Assembly (NCBI GenBank): GCA_036172245.1 | Contig: JAYWIR010000043.1 | Location: 372,001-436,000, forward strand | Direction of reading: 5' to 3' | From: Raillietiella orientalis | Lineage: Eukaryota | DNA length: 64,000 nt | In this document: piece by piece, positions 49,304 through 63,239 of the stretch | Layout of the letters: every line of letters begins with the position of its first letter | Numbering within the stretch: position 1 is the stretch's first letter | The notes under the pieces: generated by a model | The model's input: the letters and a program-made list of their open reading frames with translations, nothing else | Database searches by the model: none | What the model was told of the DNA's origin: nothing | Translations under genes and position numbers: made by a program

Positions 49304-50689
49304 ATTTACCTTTTTTATATAATTGGTTAATTAATAAAGGAAACACAAGCAAGAAAATTTGGAAACAAATTTCATTTTTAACATTGAAACGAAGAAAAAA
49401 CATTCAACTGATTCTCAAGGGACGGAATATCGTCCGGATCGTCCTCTCAGACGGAGACGCGCGCTCATCTTTCGCCAAAGGCAATGCATATCATTTAAGC
49501 CCATTGCATTATTTATCTCCAAAAGCGAAATTACATTGCATTTTCAAAAATGCGGACGATCAAAAGGGAACAAAGCCATCTCAAATCTCTCAAGAGTTGA
49601 CTCGAGAAAGAAAGAAAGAAAGTACATCTCATCACGGGAATAGGTTAAAACTCAAAAGGAAATCGACTTGTGGTTACTCATCAATCACTGCAACAATCAA
49701 ACCAATACATAATTATTGCTACATCGAAAGCAACACGCCTTTTCCGCTGCCATCATCTAGTGAAAGCCCAATGGCACATTTGCAAATGACGCCATTGGCA
49801 AATAACTGTGCAATTTTTCATGCGAGAACAGTCTCTAGAACTAATGCTTACCGTTTCATCGGCAAAATGTTTGAGATGTGGGAAATAGAAAACTACAAAC
49901 AGCGTAGAAAAACGGGACAAGGCTTTGCCATTCAGTAAAAACCAAGGGAGAAAATTGCCTGCTTCCAACAATGAATGCTACTGGCAAGCTGTTTTCCGGC
50001 TATTAGTTTGTCTTCAACATTTTTTTTACATTGGACCGTTACGATTTTAATATAGTTGATTTGGGGGACTTCCTCGCAAGTTTCCCAAATGAAGCTTCGG
50101 TTTTCCACTGATGGTAAATACATTTCCCCCTTAATGCATTAACAGTGTACTGTGAAATTGCGCAACAATCACTTTGGTCAGACATCAAATTTTTGCATGT
50201 GGGCACACTGTTTCGTAAAAGGTTTGACCTTTCGTTACGAACAAATGCATTCATTCGTACACCTGAGAACACGTCTGCTTAAGACGCTTTCACCGAACAA
50301 AAACGAGGATCAAACTCCCACACGATCGGTTCATTTCCGTCCCAACAAAAGTGAGCAACCTATTTGAAGTATGCAAACAACAACAAGAACGGGTTGGCAA
50401 ACTCTCGTACTGCACACATTTGATACCTTCATTATGAATTCTAGAATTTCATAAGAACGAGAAACCTAACCTAAAGTTCATTTACCAAAAGAAAGCATCG
50501 AGTTCACTCTTGCCGTGAGTGATAAAGCTACTACCCCAGATTGAAAATGCATTTGTAACTACACAAAATCAAGTAACAAGGAACTAAATGCTGCAAAAAT
50601 ACAATCTTTCCTGGTATACATCATAAAGTAGGTATAAGAATTCTTTATGTAATATAATTCATATTTAATATCACTTCTTTACAGCATTC

Positions 50690-53600
50690 TTACAATGGGC
50701 ATTTAATGCCCTCTGGAATATTCTTGGTCTGATTTATTTGCAACTCTACACCAAAAATTTGTTCCCATGGCTGTCTAATCACATTTAAAAACCCCGTAAC
50801 CCCTTCCACAGTTTCCACTGCCATGTGCCAGCTGAAAATCTTATTCGTTTTTTCTTGTAAAAAGTGCAAAGATACACAAAATGGAACACTTGGATATACA
50901 TCCTGCAAACAGTCACTGAGCAATACTGATACTTTCTAACACTCACCATAGAAACAAGATCCGCCAATAGTTCATGCTGAAGGACTTCAGGAGAATGCAA
51001 ATCTGACATCAGCCAACGTAAGTCAAATGATAGCAAAATGAGTCGGCAATTAGATACAAAAAGAGCATGCAAAAACCAGGTGCCATGCATGTCTTGCCAG
51101 TACACACACTGAAAAAGTAATGGAGTTTCTTCACCACGAAGGAGACTGAGCATGGATGCAGCATATGATGCAGAGCTGTATGATACCTGAGATGGTGAAA
51201 TATGACCTGAGCAAATAGGGAAGAAAACTCAACAATGTAATATTCACTTGTGAACCAGTCTTGTAAACAATAACTTCTGGATCTATCCATTAATAAAATG
51301 AGCAAAGATATTCCATCAGGGAAGTGCAACTGTATTCCCTGACCATCAACAACCATTTCAATGCCTTTTAATTCATTCAGTGCCCAAGTAGAATGAAGCT
51401 GCAGCCATTTCTCTGGATAGGCACTGATCATATGTTAAAATGAAAATGAACTGCAGAATACGAGCATTCACCTTTCCTTGGCCACAACTGCAAGCAAGTA
51501 GATGCAGCATGATGACACCACCAATATACCTGGCCAGCATGAAATGTACTCGGAAGGGAATAGGAACATTTGGGACTGAAGGATATTCTCACATCATTTA
51601 TGATGTCAAAGAAAAGACTTGAACAAACCCGAATCACTCCAGATAAATTCTCTTGCGGGTGTGTGAAAAGACTAAGCTCTACATATAAATGCAATCGATG
51701 ATCCACATGAGAGAAATCCTGAAAAGAGTAGTGAATCCTGGATGGAGTATTGTTCTGATCAGGCATCGACTCTTGTCTGCTCCATTTTCCAAAGAATGAA
51801 CGTTTGGGAGATGAAACCTGTGCATTCTGCATTGTGCAGAAATTGCTGAAACTACTTTCAGCCCAAGAATAAGAAGTTTCCAAAAGGCACTCAGTCTCTG
51901 ATGCTGCAGAAATGTTTCCCGATTCACTAGAACAACTATTGTTTCTCACCTATTTAGTCTGCTTTACCTTTCAAACACCTCTGTATTGCCATGAGTATTG
52001 GAAGAGTCCTGAGAAGCTTCTGGACTTGACAAGTCTTTCACAATTTGAGTGTCTCTAACATTAGTCTCTTCCTCAACCAGTAAAACAGCCGATGTATTAC
52101 ACTTGGGACAATGAATCTGGGATAGATTCCTTGACTGGCGTGATGTGGGATAAAAACGAAAAGAACACTTAATGCAACATATATGAGCAGTGCGCTGCAA
52201 ATGTTTCTGCCTGCAAACAAGGATTGCTTCGAACAATGCAAGCAGTCTTTCTTCATCTTTTTCTTGTAAATGATAGATACGTTCTTGCTGAGCTTTCTGA
52301 ACTGTATCAAACTGTAACTTCACATGGCTATCATTTAACCACTCTACACTTGACAATGTACGGCAGTCCCAAGTTGTCAAGATATAACCACATATGCCAT
52401 CCATTTCTTTTATCTCTTCTTTCCCTACTAGCAGTAATCTGGGTTCATTATCTAATTCCATCAAGAACAACTCAAAGCCTTCCATGACTGAGTCAACAAA
52501 TTTTTCTTCTCTTGAAGGACTATTGTCCTCCTGCTGATTACAACTAAAATACACACTGGGTGTTTCAGAATCGATCACTTCTTCCAAAGCATCTTTGTTT
52601 TTCTCAACATATGAAGTTTCCACTTCTACACTTGCATTTTCTTGTGATACTTCCACATTTCTCTCTCTTGATTTCCTGAATTCATCAGCTGTCAAGTAAG
52701 ATAAACTTAATGATTCTAATTTCTGTTCTGCAGTGACAACAGGCTCATCCAAAGTGCCTGTTACTTTGTTCACACAAGTTCCTTCCTCAGCATCAGTGAC
52801 TGAAATTATGTCATCTGCATCCAGGCAATCTGCTATTTCTACCTCTCGCAGAACTGAGTGTTTTTTTCTCATTTCGCCACCTTCAACTGAGAAAGATGTA
52901 ACTTTACAAAATGTCTGATTCATATACATATCAAAGTCTGATGAAGAATACTTTACCATTTCCTTCTGATGAGAACACTGAATAACTACTGAAAGTAGCT
53001 GGGCAAGTTTCTGATTCGGAAATATTTGACTTGTTTTCCAACAATGTTGTAGCCACATGACTTTGATGACAAACTTCTCGTGCAGTTAAGCATTTTCCAT
53101 TAAGAGTAAACTAAAATCTCATCACTCATTTAACTTTTTAACAAAAGTACCTTGTAGTTAGCAACATAAGGATGAAGACAACTGACTACATGCTTTCTAT
53201 GACATGGATGCCAACATATGGGGTTGCCCTCCAAATTGAGCAGTTGTAATTTGGCCAAATTCCTGAGAATCTTTAAGCACTCATGACTGCACAAATAGTT
53301 GTGGGACAAATCCAGAGTGGTGAGATTCAACAGAAGCTCCAAGCCTTGAAATGTGTTGGAAGATTACTTGATTTATACTGGCAAATACAAAAAAACAAAT
53401 CCATCCAATATCTTGCAAATCTTTAAATTAAAAGATGAATGAACCAGATTGCAAAGATTTTGTGAAGGCAAGTACATATGAAAATTAAATTTCAAGTAAC
53501 AAAACAGCTATAGAAAATCTTATAACAAACATCCCAAAACATTTGAATGAATACTCCAATCTTTACAGATTCAATGAACACTTCAATGTACAAACATTAT

Positions 53601-54542
53601 CCTAATAATCTATAACAGGGGCATAAATGAGGAGTACAACTACTATAGTAACATGTGTGTTTCAAAAAAACTGAAAAGATCAACACATTTCACTTGAAAT
53701 GTGTTTAACATAAAAGCCATAAACATGAGTACAAAACCAATGACAAAAATTCTGCTTAAAATGAACCTACCCTGTAAGTTCATAATAAAGTTATTGGACA
53801 AATACAAAATACATATATTTTTTACATCAGTTGAAAATATGGGAATATTTTTAAGCATATTGTAATTTAAGTTTAACAATTGCAGACTATCCAACAAACT
53901 TGAGAAATCTTGATTACGTATCCTGTTGTGGGACAAATTCAAAACAGCAAGATTTGGCAAATACTTAAAGGAACTTCCAATTTCTGTAAATTTATTATAA
54001 CTCAAATCAACTTTTTTCAGGTTACTCCATTCACATGGAACGGAACGTTGATCACCACCACAAGAAGCAAATAAGTCATCGATTCTGTCTAATGATTTAT
54101 AATAATAAATTTCTTCCAATTGACTTTGGCATGAGTCTAGACCTTTCAAATCAAACACTGAAACTTCCCTTATGTCTAATATTGTTAGGCTTCGAAACTT
54201 ATAGATGTGCAGGAAGGCAGTATTTATGGGGATACGTTCATCTATAATTTTTAGGGATGGAATCTTCTGGAAAACATCATACAGAAACTGCAAGTCGTAT
54301 AATAACTCCACATCAAAGTTATGATTACTAAGTACATCAAACGAGGATGAAAAATTTGCTTCCGTTAACAATCCAAACAGTTCATTTATGCCACACAACA
54401 CTGAAGCAGTTAGGCAGAATTTTACATTTCCTGACAAAACTAAATCTGCATCTTTACGGAATAATTTAGCTAATTCACCAACAAAATAATTCACGCTTCT
54501 ACCACTAGTAATGAATGAATTCTTTGTTTTGGTGGATTCCAT
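50690..54542 (-). CDS. STK11IP: Serine/threonine-protein kinase 11-interacting protein (LIP1), multi-exon
   Basis: First exon 53771-54542 (LQFLYDVFQK..SLK, LFASCGGD...W..L, leucine-rich repeats); exon 53151-53344 (LDLSHNYL, LNLEGNP); further exons with an acidic linker, CPKC, VDHRLHLYVELSLF; terminal IRQPWEQIFGVEL...KCPL*. Several internal splice junctions were not resolved exactly. Confidence 0.9.
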
Positions 54543-56522
54543 TTTTTCATTCAATTATGTTTGTTTTCTTGAAGGATGCTCACATCATGGCTGAATTGTA
54601 AACCTCGAAACATCAATACTTTCAGTTAGATTGAAAACTCACTTCACAGCAGCATCTGAAAAATGAAAAACAGTTATTCCAAACAGATAGTAAGGAAGAC
54701 CATTATACATGATATGCAAACACACTTTCCCAATTCGATATCAAATAAAGACATCAAATCCTTGATAGCCCATTTGACCTTGCCCGCCGAACTTCAAACA
54801 GCTGTAGCCCTATATCCCTAGGGAATACAACACATGGCACCATGTAATCAGTAATGAAACTCCCAAAATAATTGTGTATTATCCCTTGAATAACTTTAGG
54901 CTTTGAGAGAACAAAATATTGTTTCCAACACATGAATGTACGAATCGATGGATTTTTTTGGCTTTTCTTCATCTCATATACTTGGCAATTTTTCATTAAA
55001 AATCTGAACCTCCCAAAAGCTTGGCTTAAGTGTCCCTAGAGAAATCGGAGATTAAAAAGTGTCGTCTTGAGGGCATCGTGCTTACGTGAGATGAACATCC
55101 CAATGATACTGAGAAGAACCCTGGCGTTGGTCGAAAAAAATTTATAATTATGATGGAAATAGGTAATCTTAGAACATGTAAAGTAGTCCTTAAAAAGAAA
55201 ACTTTTCGCTATAAAAAATAAAAAACCTTGTTTGTTGAAAAATATCAAGGGGAGCCTTTTTTTAACCTTCAGTTTTCTCACTTGTATTACCAATAAACTT
55301 CTCTATTTACCAGGGAGAACAAAACTTTCCCTCATTTAGTTAAGGAACGGCAAGCTTTTATTGCACCTTTCCTCAAACTCAAATTGAACCATCAATATGA
55401 AGTAAATTACTCAAAGAGAAAACGACACTAAAATACGAAGTTTGATGAAAACTCTGCTATTGAGAAATTCATGTTTTAATTAAACCACATAAATTCGAAA
55501 TTCTTAATTAATCCTTTATTTGTAAAGATTTGGTTACCCTGCAACCAATTTGTTTGCCCTAAGCTACATGGCATGCAGCAGATTTTCTCATTCACGGAAA
55601 CATCTCGGCTTTTGACCCCATAGTAATTTGGGGGAAAAGGTGTCGGATTTATGATGATCCAAATCAAATAGGGCTAAGGTGATTGGATGTCCCCACGGTT
55701 TCAGAGTTCTGCAGTCGCTGTTTTCATCCGAAATTAACCAACACAATTGATGAAATACTTTTCAAGTATATATTACTGAACTCCATGACCACTTTTTTTT
55801 TATTCTTCAGACACTAAATTCTGAAAGCAGTTCACACGTTTATGTTATGAGAGCAAACGCTTTATGATCCAGCTTTGTCTCACTGTGGTGTATTCTGATA
55901 GTCTATAAGAGAGACAGGTATCCACAAGGGAACGTAGGAGTCCACACTTCCTCAATGGATGGCCTTGGAAGCTCCGATCACTTCCGTGTTTGCATGTGAG
56001 AAACAGTCGATGTTGTTGAGAAAGATCTGCAAACCGCAATCGTTTCGTTTAAGAAATGCTCGTGGGTAAACGTATGTTTGGATGCTTGTGGGATCAATGT
56101 AACATTGAAAGACCAAATATTGTTTACGAATTCTTTTGAACTTTGTGAAACTTTCGTATTATCGTTGTAGGAAATTCCTAAGTGACTTCCAAAGATAAAC
56201 GCAAATAGTTGTCAGCACAGAGGAAACATTGATGCAGTGACTTTTCATGTAGATATGTTGGAAGAAGCAGTAGTATAAAAGCTTAGCAATGGTTTTTAGG
56301 ATTTTATTGCTCAGTTTTTAGTACATAATTCGATATTGTTATGAAATTCATGTGAGGGTTCCTGAAAGTTCTGCAGTTTATATCTATTCAGAGTGCATCA
56401 TATAAAAGTTTACCCAGTGTACGTGGATTTTGAGTCTCATATTACGGAATTTCATTGGGAAAAGTAATAAACATGAAATTTAATGTCTATTTAGTATTTC
56501 ATGGAATGCATTTTAGAGTACC

Positions 56523-59076
56523 ATGAGTTTGCAGGCAGCTGACACAGAAAGCTTAAAGAGAGTATTTTTGAAAGTGAGTATGCATTCAGGAGCCAGGAGC
56601 AGTGTTCTGACAGCGGATTGTAAATAATTTTCCTAGTATGCAACAGTTGAAGAAGATGGTCAGAAGTATGTAACTTTGACAGACTTTGTCAGGAAATTCT
56701 TAGGACTGTATGCAGAAGAAAATTTCAATTCAAACAGTGTAAAACTTTTAGGAGGAATATTGGATACTAGTAAAGATGGGTACGAATTGTGTTGATCTGA
56801 AGTATGAAAAATAAATTAATTTTCAGGTTGATATCATTCTCAGAGTTTCAAACATTTGAAAGAATTTTGTGTTCACCAGATGCATTATACAAAACTGCAT
56901 TTCAGTTATTTGACACTAAGGGTACCGGGACAGTTTCTTTTGGTATTTACAAATGGTTATACATTTAAAGAACACATGTCAAAAATGTGTTTTGCAGAGG
57001 AGTTTAGAGAAGTGATTACACATACTCTGTTGCATCAGCACATTCCCTTAGATCTAGACTCTGATTTTGTGAAGTTGTACTTTGGAAAACATAAAAATCG
57101 TCTTGTCACTTTTCCTGAATTCAGTCAGTTTCTACATGTTAGTAGTATCTTTCAAAAAACAATGTAAAAAATTTTTCTTAGGATTTTCATGAAGAATATG
57201 CTATTCAAGCTTTTAAGAAATTCGATCCAGATGGCAAGGGATCCATTTCGTTAGCTGACTTTTGTAATGTTATGAAGAGTGTTAAAAAGCATCTCATGAC
57301 ACCTTTGGTTGAATCGAACTTAAATATTGTGAGATGACTTATTTAGCTTTATTTGCTAATTCCATCATTTAGATAGCTGAAGGCAAACCAGGTGTGAAAA
57401 CTGTGAGCTTTCCAGTTTTCATGGCCTTTATTTCACTGTTGAATCAAATGGAGTTAGTCAAGAAGGTTTATTTGAGTGTTACAGCTGGCAGTCGAACTCA
57501 GGAAGTTACCAGAGGTAAGAATGCAAAAATCTGAGGGAACCACTAAGGTGGTGTGCAGAGGAGTTTCTCCAGTCTGCACAGATGATGAGCCAGATCACAC
57601 CCTTAGAAGTGGACATTCTTTTTAAATTGGCAGCATCCAGTTACTGCATTGGGTCAGTTGATTAGCATTTCAGATTGGCAATTGGCTTATTTCATTTTGG
57701 ATGGCAGAAATACCAAGCTTTCCTTTTTTTTAGCCGAGTAAACTATGCTGCTTTAGATAAAATGACTCCTGCTCAATATATGAAAAATGTTGTCAAACAC
57801 ATAGCAGAACTCAAAGCTGTATCGGTATGACACTGCATTTTTTTAATACACATTGATCACAGATTGTAGGGTCCTGAGGATCGTGGATTGCTTATACAGG
57901 TTCTGGAAAGTGTGTATCGTTTTGGACTTGGATCCATTGCTGGGGGTACGTTGAATGTCCACTGTTTCTTAATACTTGAGAATTTTACAGCTATTGGTGC
58001 TACAGCAGTATATCCCATTGACTTGGTAAAGACACGTCTTCAAAATCAGAGGGCAGGAGTATATGTTGGAGAGCTTGTGTACAAAAATAGCTGGGATTGT
58101 TTTAAGAAAGTTGCCTATTATGAAGGTGTGCGAGGTTTGTATCGTGGTCTTCTTCCACAACTGATTGGAGTTGCCCCTGAGAAGGCTATCAAACTGACAG
58201 TAAGTGGCTAAATTTGACCCAGATCAAATGTTGGTGAGGTGAATGACTTTGTCAGGGACAAGTTGACCACAACCAGTGGCTACATCCCAAGATGGGGAGA
58301 AATCCTAGCAGGAGCTTGTGTGAGTGACACTTTTTATAGAACATGAAAGGCATAAATTGATTGGTCTGTTTTTTTGCATTGAGTGCAAATTTTGCTTTGT
58401 TCTCAGGCTGGTGGATCTCAAGTCATCTTCACCAATCCACTTGAAATTGTAAAGATAAGACTTCAAGTAGCAGGAGAAATTCATGGAGCCAAGCATAAAT
58501 CAGCCTGGCAAGTAGTGCGTGAACTTGGTCTCCTGGGACTTTACAAAGTATTGTAACTGTTCTCAAAGATGTGCTTTACATATTTACATAGGGATCTCGG
58601 GCCTGCTTCTTACGTGATATTCCATTCAGTGCCATTTATTTTCCTGTTTATGCATCCAGCAAGAAGTTTATGCAGGATGAGAATGGATACAATAGTCCCC
58701 TAAGTCTATTAGTTGCTGGTGCTTTAGGAGGAATTCCTGCTGCCTCACTCACCACACCAGCTGATGTGATTAAAACTAGATTACAGGTTGCAGCTCGTGC
58801 AGGGCAAACTACATATTCAGGTGTTGTTGATGCTGCTGTGAAAATCTGGCATGAGGAAGGTGCCAAAGCTTTCTGGAAAGGCGCCCCAGGTTGGCTGCCT
58901 TTGTAGTTACTTGACCTATGTTTGTGTTTAGCTCGTGTATTTCGTTCATCTCCTCAGTTTGGAGTAACACTGCTTACGTACGAAGTACTTCAGAGGCTCA
59001 TCTATGTGGACTTTGGTGGACGGTGAGTATCAGAATGATTACTAGATATTAAGCTTTTTCGAATGAATCTTGTTGA

Positions 59077-59107
<31 letters not shown>

Positions 59108-59330
59108 ATATGTATTTAACCCTTTTTGAATATGTAAGTATTCATGAGAAATTATTTTCAGTCAACCTCAAGGATCACAGAAAACTTCTTGTGCCACATT
59201 GCCAGTTCCTCACAATCCTGATCATATTGGCGGGTATCGCATAGCCTTGCCAATCATCAATGGAATCGAGTCAAAATTTGGATTATCATGGCCCAAATTT
59301 GCCCCTTCAGTCCAGCCACCATCAAGATGA
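56523..59330 (+). CDS. aralar1: Calcium-binding mitochondrial aspartate/glutamate carrier (aralar/citrin, SLC25A12/13), about 15 coding exons
   Basis: Exons approximately 56523-56573, 56637-56779, 56827-56942, 56998-57137, 57182-57328, 57373-57514, 57559-57652, 57733-57824, 57870-57945, 57991-58199, 58239-58318, 58407-58547, 58592-58889, 58931-59022 and 59162-59330. They encode EF-hands (DTSKDGLISFSEF), three carrier signatures ([30 protein letters not shown]), RSSPQFG and NPDHIGGY. The true start may lie in an upstream exon. Confidence 0.97.
59077..59103. repeat. (TG)n microsatellite in the last aralar intron
   Basis: About 13 TG units, read directly. Confidence 0.9.
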
Positions 59331-62300
59331 TTCTGAATGTTTTAGATGGCATCTCTTGGTGCAGTATTTCAAGTGTTAATTCGTAATGTCTAAATTAAAA
59401 AAACGAATGAATGGATTTATTTTACTTTTATTTCGGTATTTTGTTCTGCTTTGTCATTTTTTTCCTTGTAATTTGATCAGTGCAGAACACTTTCGTCCAT
59501 TTCTTGTGATGTGCAGCAGTACAATGCTACTGTATTTTATAGAGAGCATATCGCTCGCAGGTTTTCCAAAAAAATAAATTCGATTCATCCGAATCATGAT
59601 GATGTTTGAAGCTAACAACATTCAGAAATTGAATATGCTCCCAGACACCTGTGATCGGTTCCTGCGTATTTTGCCACTGATATTTTGACATGCCACTTGA
59701 TTGACTCACATTTGTGCAGTCACGCAGTCACTTTCCTGCCGCACCAAGAAGTGCTGGAATTAAGGCCGCTAACGTTGGAATTTCATTACAGTGGAAACTT
59801 GATGCTTGCACCGTGAAAGGGGATATTTCTCGCGACTGCATCATACTGCTTGTGCTTTCTAATGCCTTGATTTTTTGTCCCCATTTAACAAACTGGTTTC
59901 TGTTTGTGGTCAATGGCGCATCGGAGAACTGGACCCGACATCGATGCATTTCGATCAGTTCCCAAGCAGCTATGTGCTAATCTGTTAAGGTGCTTGCATT
60001 TTGTTCACGTTAATGGAAAGGAGTATTCTACTCTGAACAAGTCGAATTGGGAAATTACATGTCTTGGGCGGTTGGATTATCCGAAAGTATCATCGCACTG
60101 CCGAATAAATGCAGAGTTTGCACGCCTCTACGGTTTACTTTTTTTCCACTTCCCAAAAGGTCTTTTAAGCACCTCGTTGCATGCCAATAGAATGCACCCA
60201 AATCTCTGAAGATAATTTGCAATGCATGGGCACCCTCAGTGAGATCATTTCTGGTAGCCATGGTGAACGGTTGACTTGCATGCGGGAAGCGTATTGCTGA
60301 ATGTTGCTTGTGCTGTAAGCTCGATCTCCGTTCTTCAAATATTCGCGTCAAATAATTCAATCAATCCACTTGGCAACCGTGGGAGACGAAAAGGCATTAA
60401 CGAACGAAATCGAGAAAGGATTGTGCCCTGGGGACAAATTCGAGAAGCGGGGGGGGAGGGGAATGGAATGGCGGACCTCGCTCAAGTTTAAGATCAAAAG
60501 GCGTGCCTTCTTATCATCTTTGTTTGAAGAGAATCACTTTCCCACATGGTCAAAGTGAATTGTGTGGATGCGAAAGTGGGCGGCCCTTCCCTGCATTTAA
60601 ACTGCGTCCACAGTCAAGCCCCCCCCCCCCTCCCTCCCCGATTTGAAGGTGCACTTTAGCTTACACTTCAATTAGCAGGAAAATAAAGGCCTCCTTGTCA
60701 CAAAAGCTTGCATGTGGGCGATTTTTGTCTCGGGGAACGCATTAGTAGCAAACACTGCAACGCACCGGTGCTAAATTCTTCGATACTCGCACTTACCGGA
60801 GGACAAAGCAGCTTTGGTTTGTTTCTGGACCAACTTTATCTATCGGCATTTCAATTCGCGTGAGAACATATCATTCCGTTTGTGTAAATTCCTTTGGAGG
60901 ATGCGCTGCTCTACGGCGACTGCGACCTTTCCAAAAAAGCGTTTCGCGTGATCTGTCCACCAATTCACCTCGGATTCGGTACTTTTTTTTTATGTGGTCT
61001 TCTGTTTGTTCCCTATCGTTCATAGGGTCGAAAGGCACAAACCCCTCGCCAAGCTGTTTTCCATTCCCTCTGCTGACTCGGTGTGACGGAATCCACCAGA
61101 TGTGTTTGGGATTGTTATCGAGTGAACAACGTTCGCTTGTTTCCAATTACGTGGAGATACAGCATCCCAAAGAATGGATGATTTGTACGAGAGCATTCTT
61201 GAAAAATACTCTTACCTTGTAAGTGATGGGAGGTTTTGCTTCCTTGCTGGGCACTAAAGCTTGTACGTGCGTTATTTAACTCTCAACTGCGTATGTACCG
61301 GAACACCGCAGTCCCGGCGCGGCCCCGGGAACACCGCGCTGCGGCGCGAGCATTGTTGCGAAAATGGCGTCTGTTTTGTGGGCGGGGGGGGGGCAATTCA
61401 GGAGGGGGGTGCCGGAATGGGGGTCGAAAATCGAAGGAGGTGCGCTGGTTCCGGCGTGTGCATGCTTACCACATGCGGACGAACAGGAAGTGGAACGGTG
61501 GTCGTTCTCTTAGGGACGAACACCTTCTTGTGCAAAAACGTGTTGGTGGAGCAGCACACTGGCGTGCCCGATCCCGCTGTGAGGGAACACCCCTTCGAGC
61601 CTGCACGATTTCCAGAAACATGCTGTTGCTGCAGCATTCCCACCCACCCACCCCCATAGAAGTGGTGATGGAACTCTTGTTGGCCGGAATTCCCTCGGGT
61701 TGGGCGCAGCTTCGTGGCAGTTTTCTTTTCTCAGGTCGAGAGGTCTTCATCCACTCACCGCGACCAAGTCGTGAAGAACTCGTTCCTCCAGGCTAAGCAA
61801 ACTCCAGCTGTGGACCATTAGAAGACAATCTTTCGCAAATCATGACTTTGTTGAGGGAAACACTCGAGCGATGCAAAGCAAGTTCAAACACATCACCGTA
61901 ACGACGGGGGTGGGGTGGGGTGGGGGAGCAGTAGAACACTTCTTCTTCTCCAAATTATGGGTCAGTGACTTGGTGAAGTGATCTCTTGCGTTCGAGCACC
62001 CCACCAAAGTCCCGCGCCTGAGCCGTCTCCAGTGGCACCGTCCTCGAAATGAGGAAATGATTGCGATGACTAAGGGCAGCAGGAATAATGATTATGTGAA
62101 TGGCATTCCCATTCGTGATTTCATCGGAATAGAATTCCTGAAAAAGCTGCTTTCCGTGTTTCTGACGTCAGGGCTTTCTTCAGGAGGGTACCCTGCTGAA
62201 TGTACTGTTGCAGGTGATCGGATGCAAATGCAGCAATCTTTTCATCTCACATAAAGAGCGATGTGGGGCTTTCCTTCAGCAGATGCTCGAATGCTGCTTC

Positions 62301-63239
62301 ACTTTCTCGGACAGCTCACTTCAGGAAGCACTTCGAAGCTGAGTTGGCTGTGCTGCCTTCCCGGAATGAGCCACTTCGCTCCCGGCACATAAGCGCCTTG
62401 AATGTAAACGTCTCTTATGTACCCCTGCGATGTAGGAAGGGCGCCGTCGGTGTCCGTCATGCAGCCTCGAAGCACGAAGATGGTCTTCCTCTTTCTGACC
62501 GAGTGCTGCATGAGCGTAGCAATATGCAGGGCATCGGTAGTAATTTGCCCTCGAAGTGAGGAGCGGCGCAGCTTGCGAGTAATCAAACTGCGAATTTTTC
62601 ACGGAAATGAGTTAATTGAAGACGACCAGGAAACGCTGGGATAGAAAGGGGGATGCACGTCACCACTTAGTACAGTAAACCTCCGTGTACCGTGGGTGAT
62701 GCTCTCCGCGTTGTACGAGCCCCATGGGTTGGTTATGCGCGGATAATATGATGGTATTTATACACGATAGAAAAATGTATCTTGATCGTCATAGCAGCAG
62801 AATATCTACCATCTCTTTCAAATTAAGCAATAAGCACTTTAAATTTCCATCTTTTCGTTTTAGATTTTTGTCTAACATATTAAATCATTTTAAACGACAC
62901 TATACCACAAAGTGAAATCGTACAGGAGTGATTGACAGCAGTATACGAGGACGGTCGGCATTTTTTTTTCGTGGAGCTATAAAAATTCGTATTGTACGAT
63001 AGTCTTATGTATTCGCATCCGTTGCAAGGTGTGAATGAATGGGAGAAGTACGTCCTAAGAGAGAGAGAGCTTGCTCAGCATCTGTTGGGCAGCGCAGAAG
63101 GGATTATTTTTACGCTGGACAAAATGTCAGGGCGATTTACAAGAAAGAAACCACGAAGGCATTGCATGCTTAGGGTTTCGAGGAGAGAAAGAGACGACGC
63201 ATAGGTCTCGTGGCTATCAGAAGCAGTGCTTCGAATGCA

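Noticed and set aside
62670..63012. Tigger/pogo-like MITE starting TACAGTAAACCTCC
   Set aside because: No convincing matching right-hand inverted repeat.
59400..63200. Assorted 60-190 aa ORFs, including 61236-61796
   Set aside because: No recognisable domains or consistent splice structure; likely chance frames.
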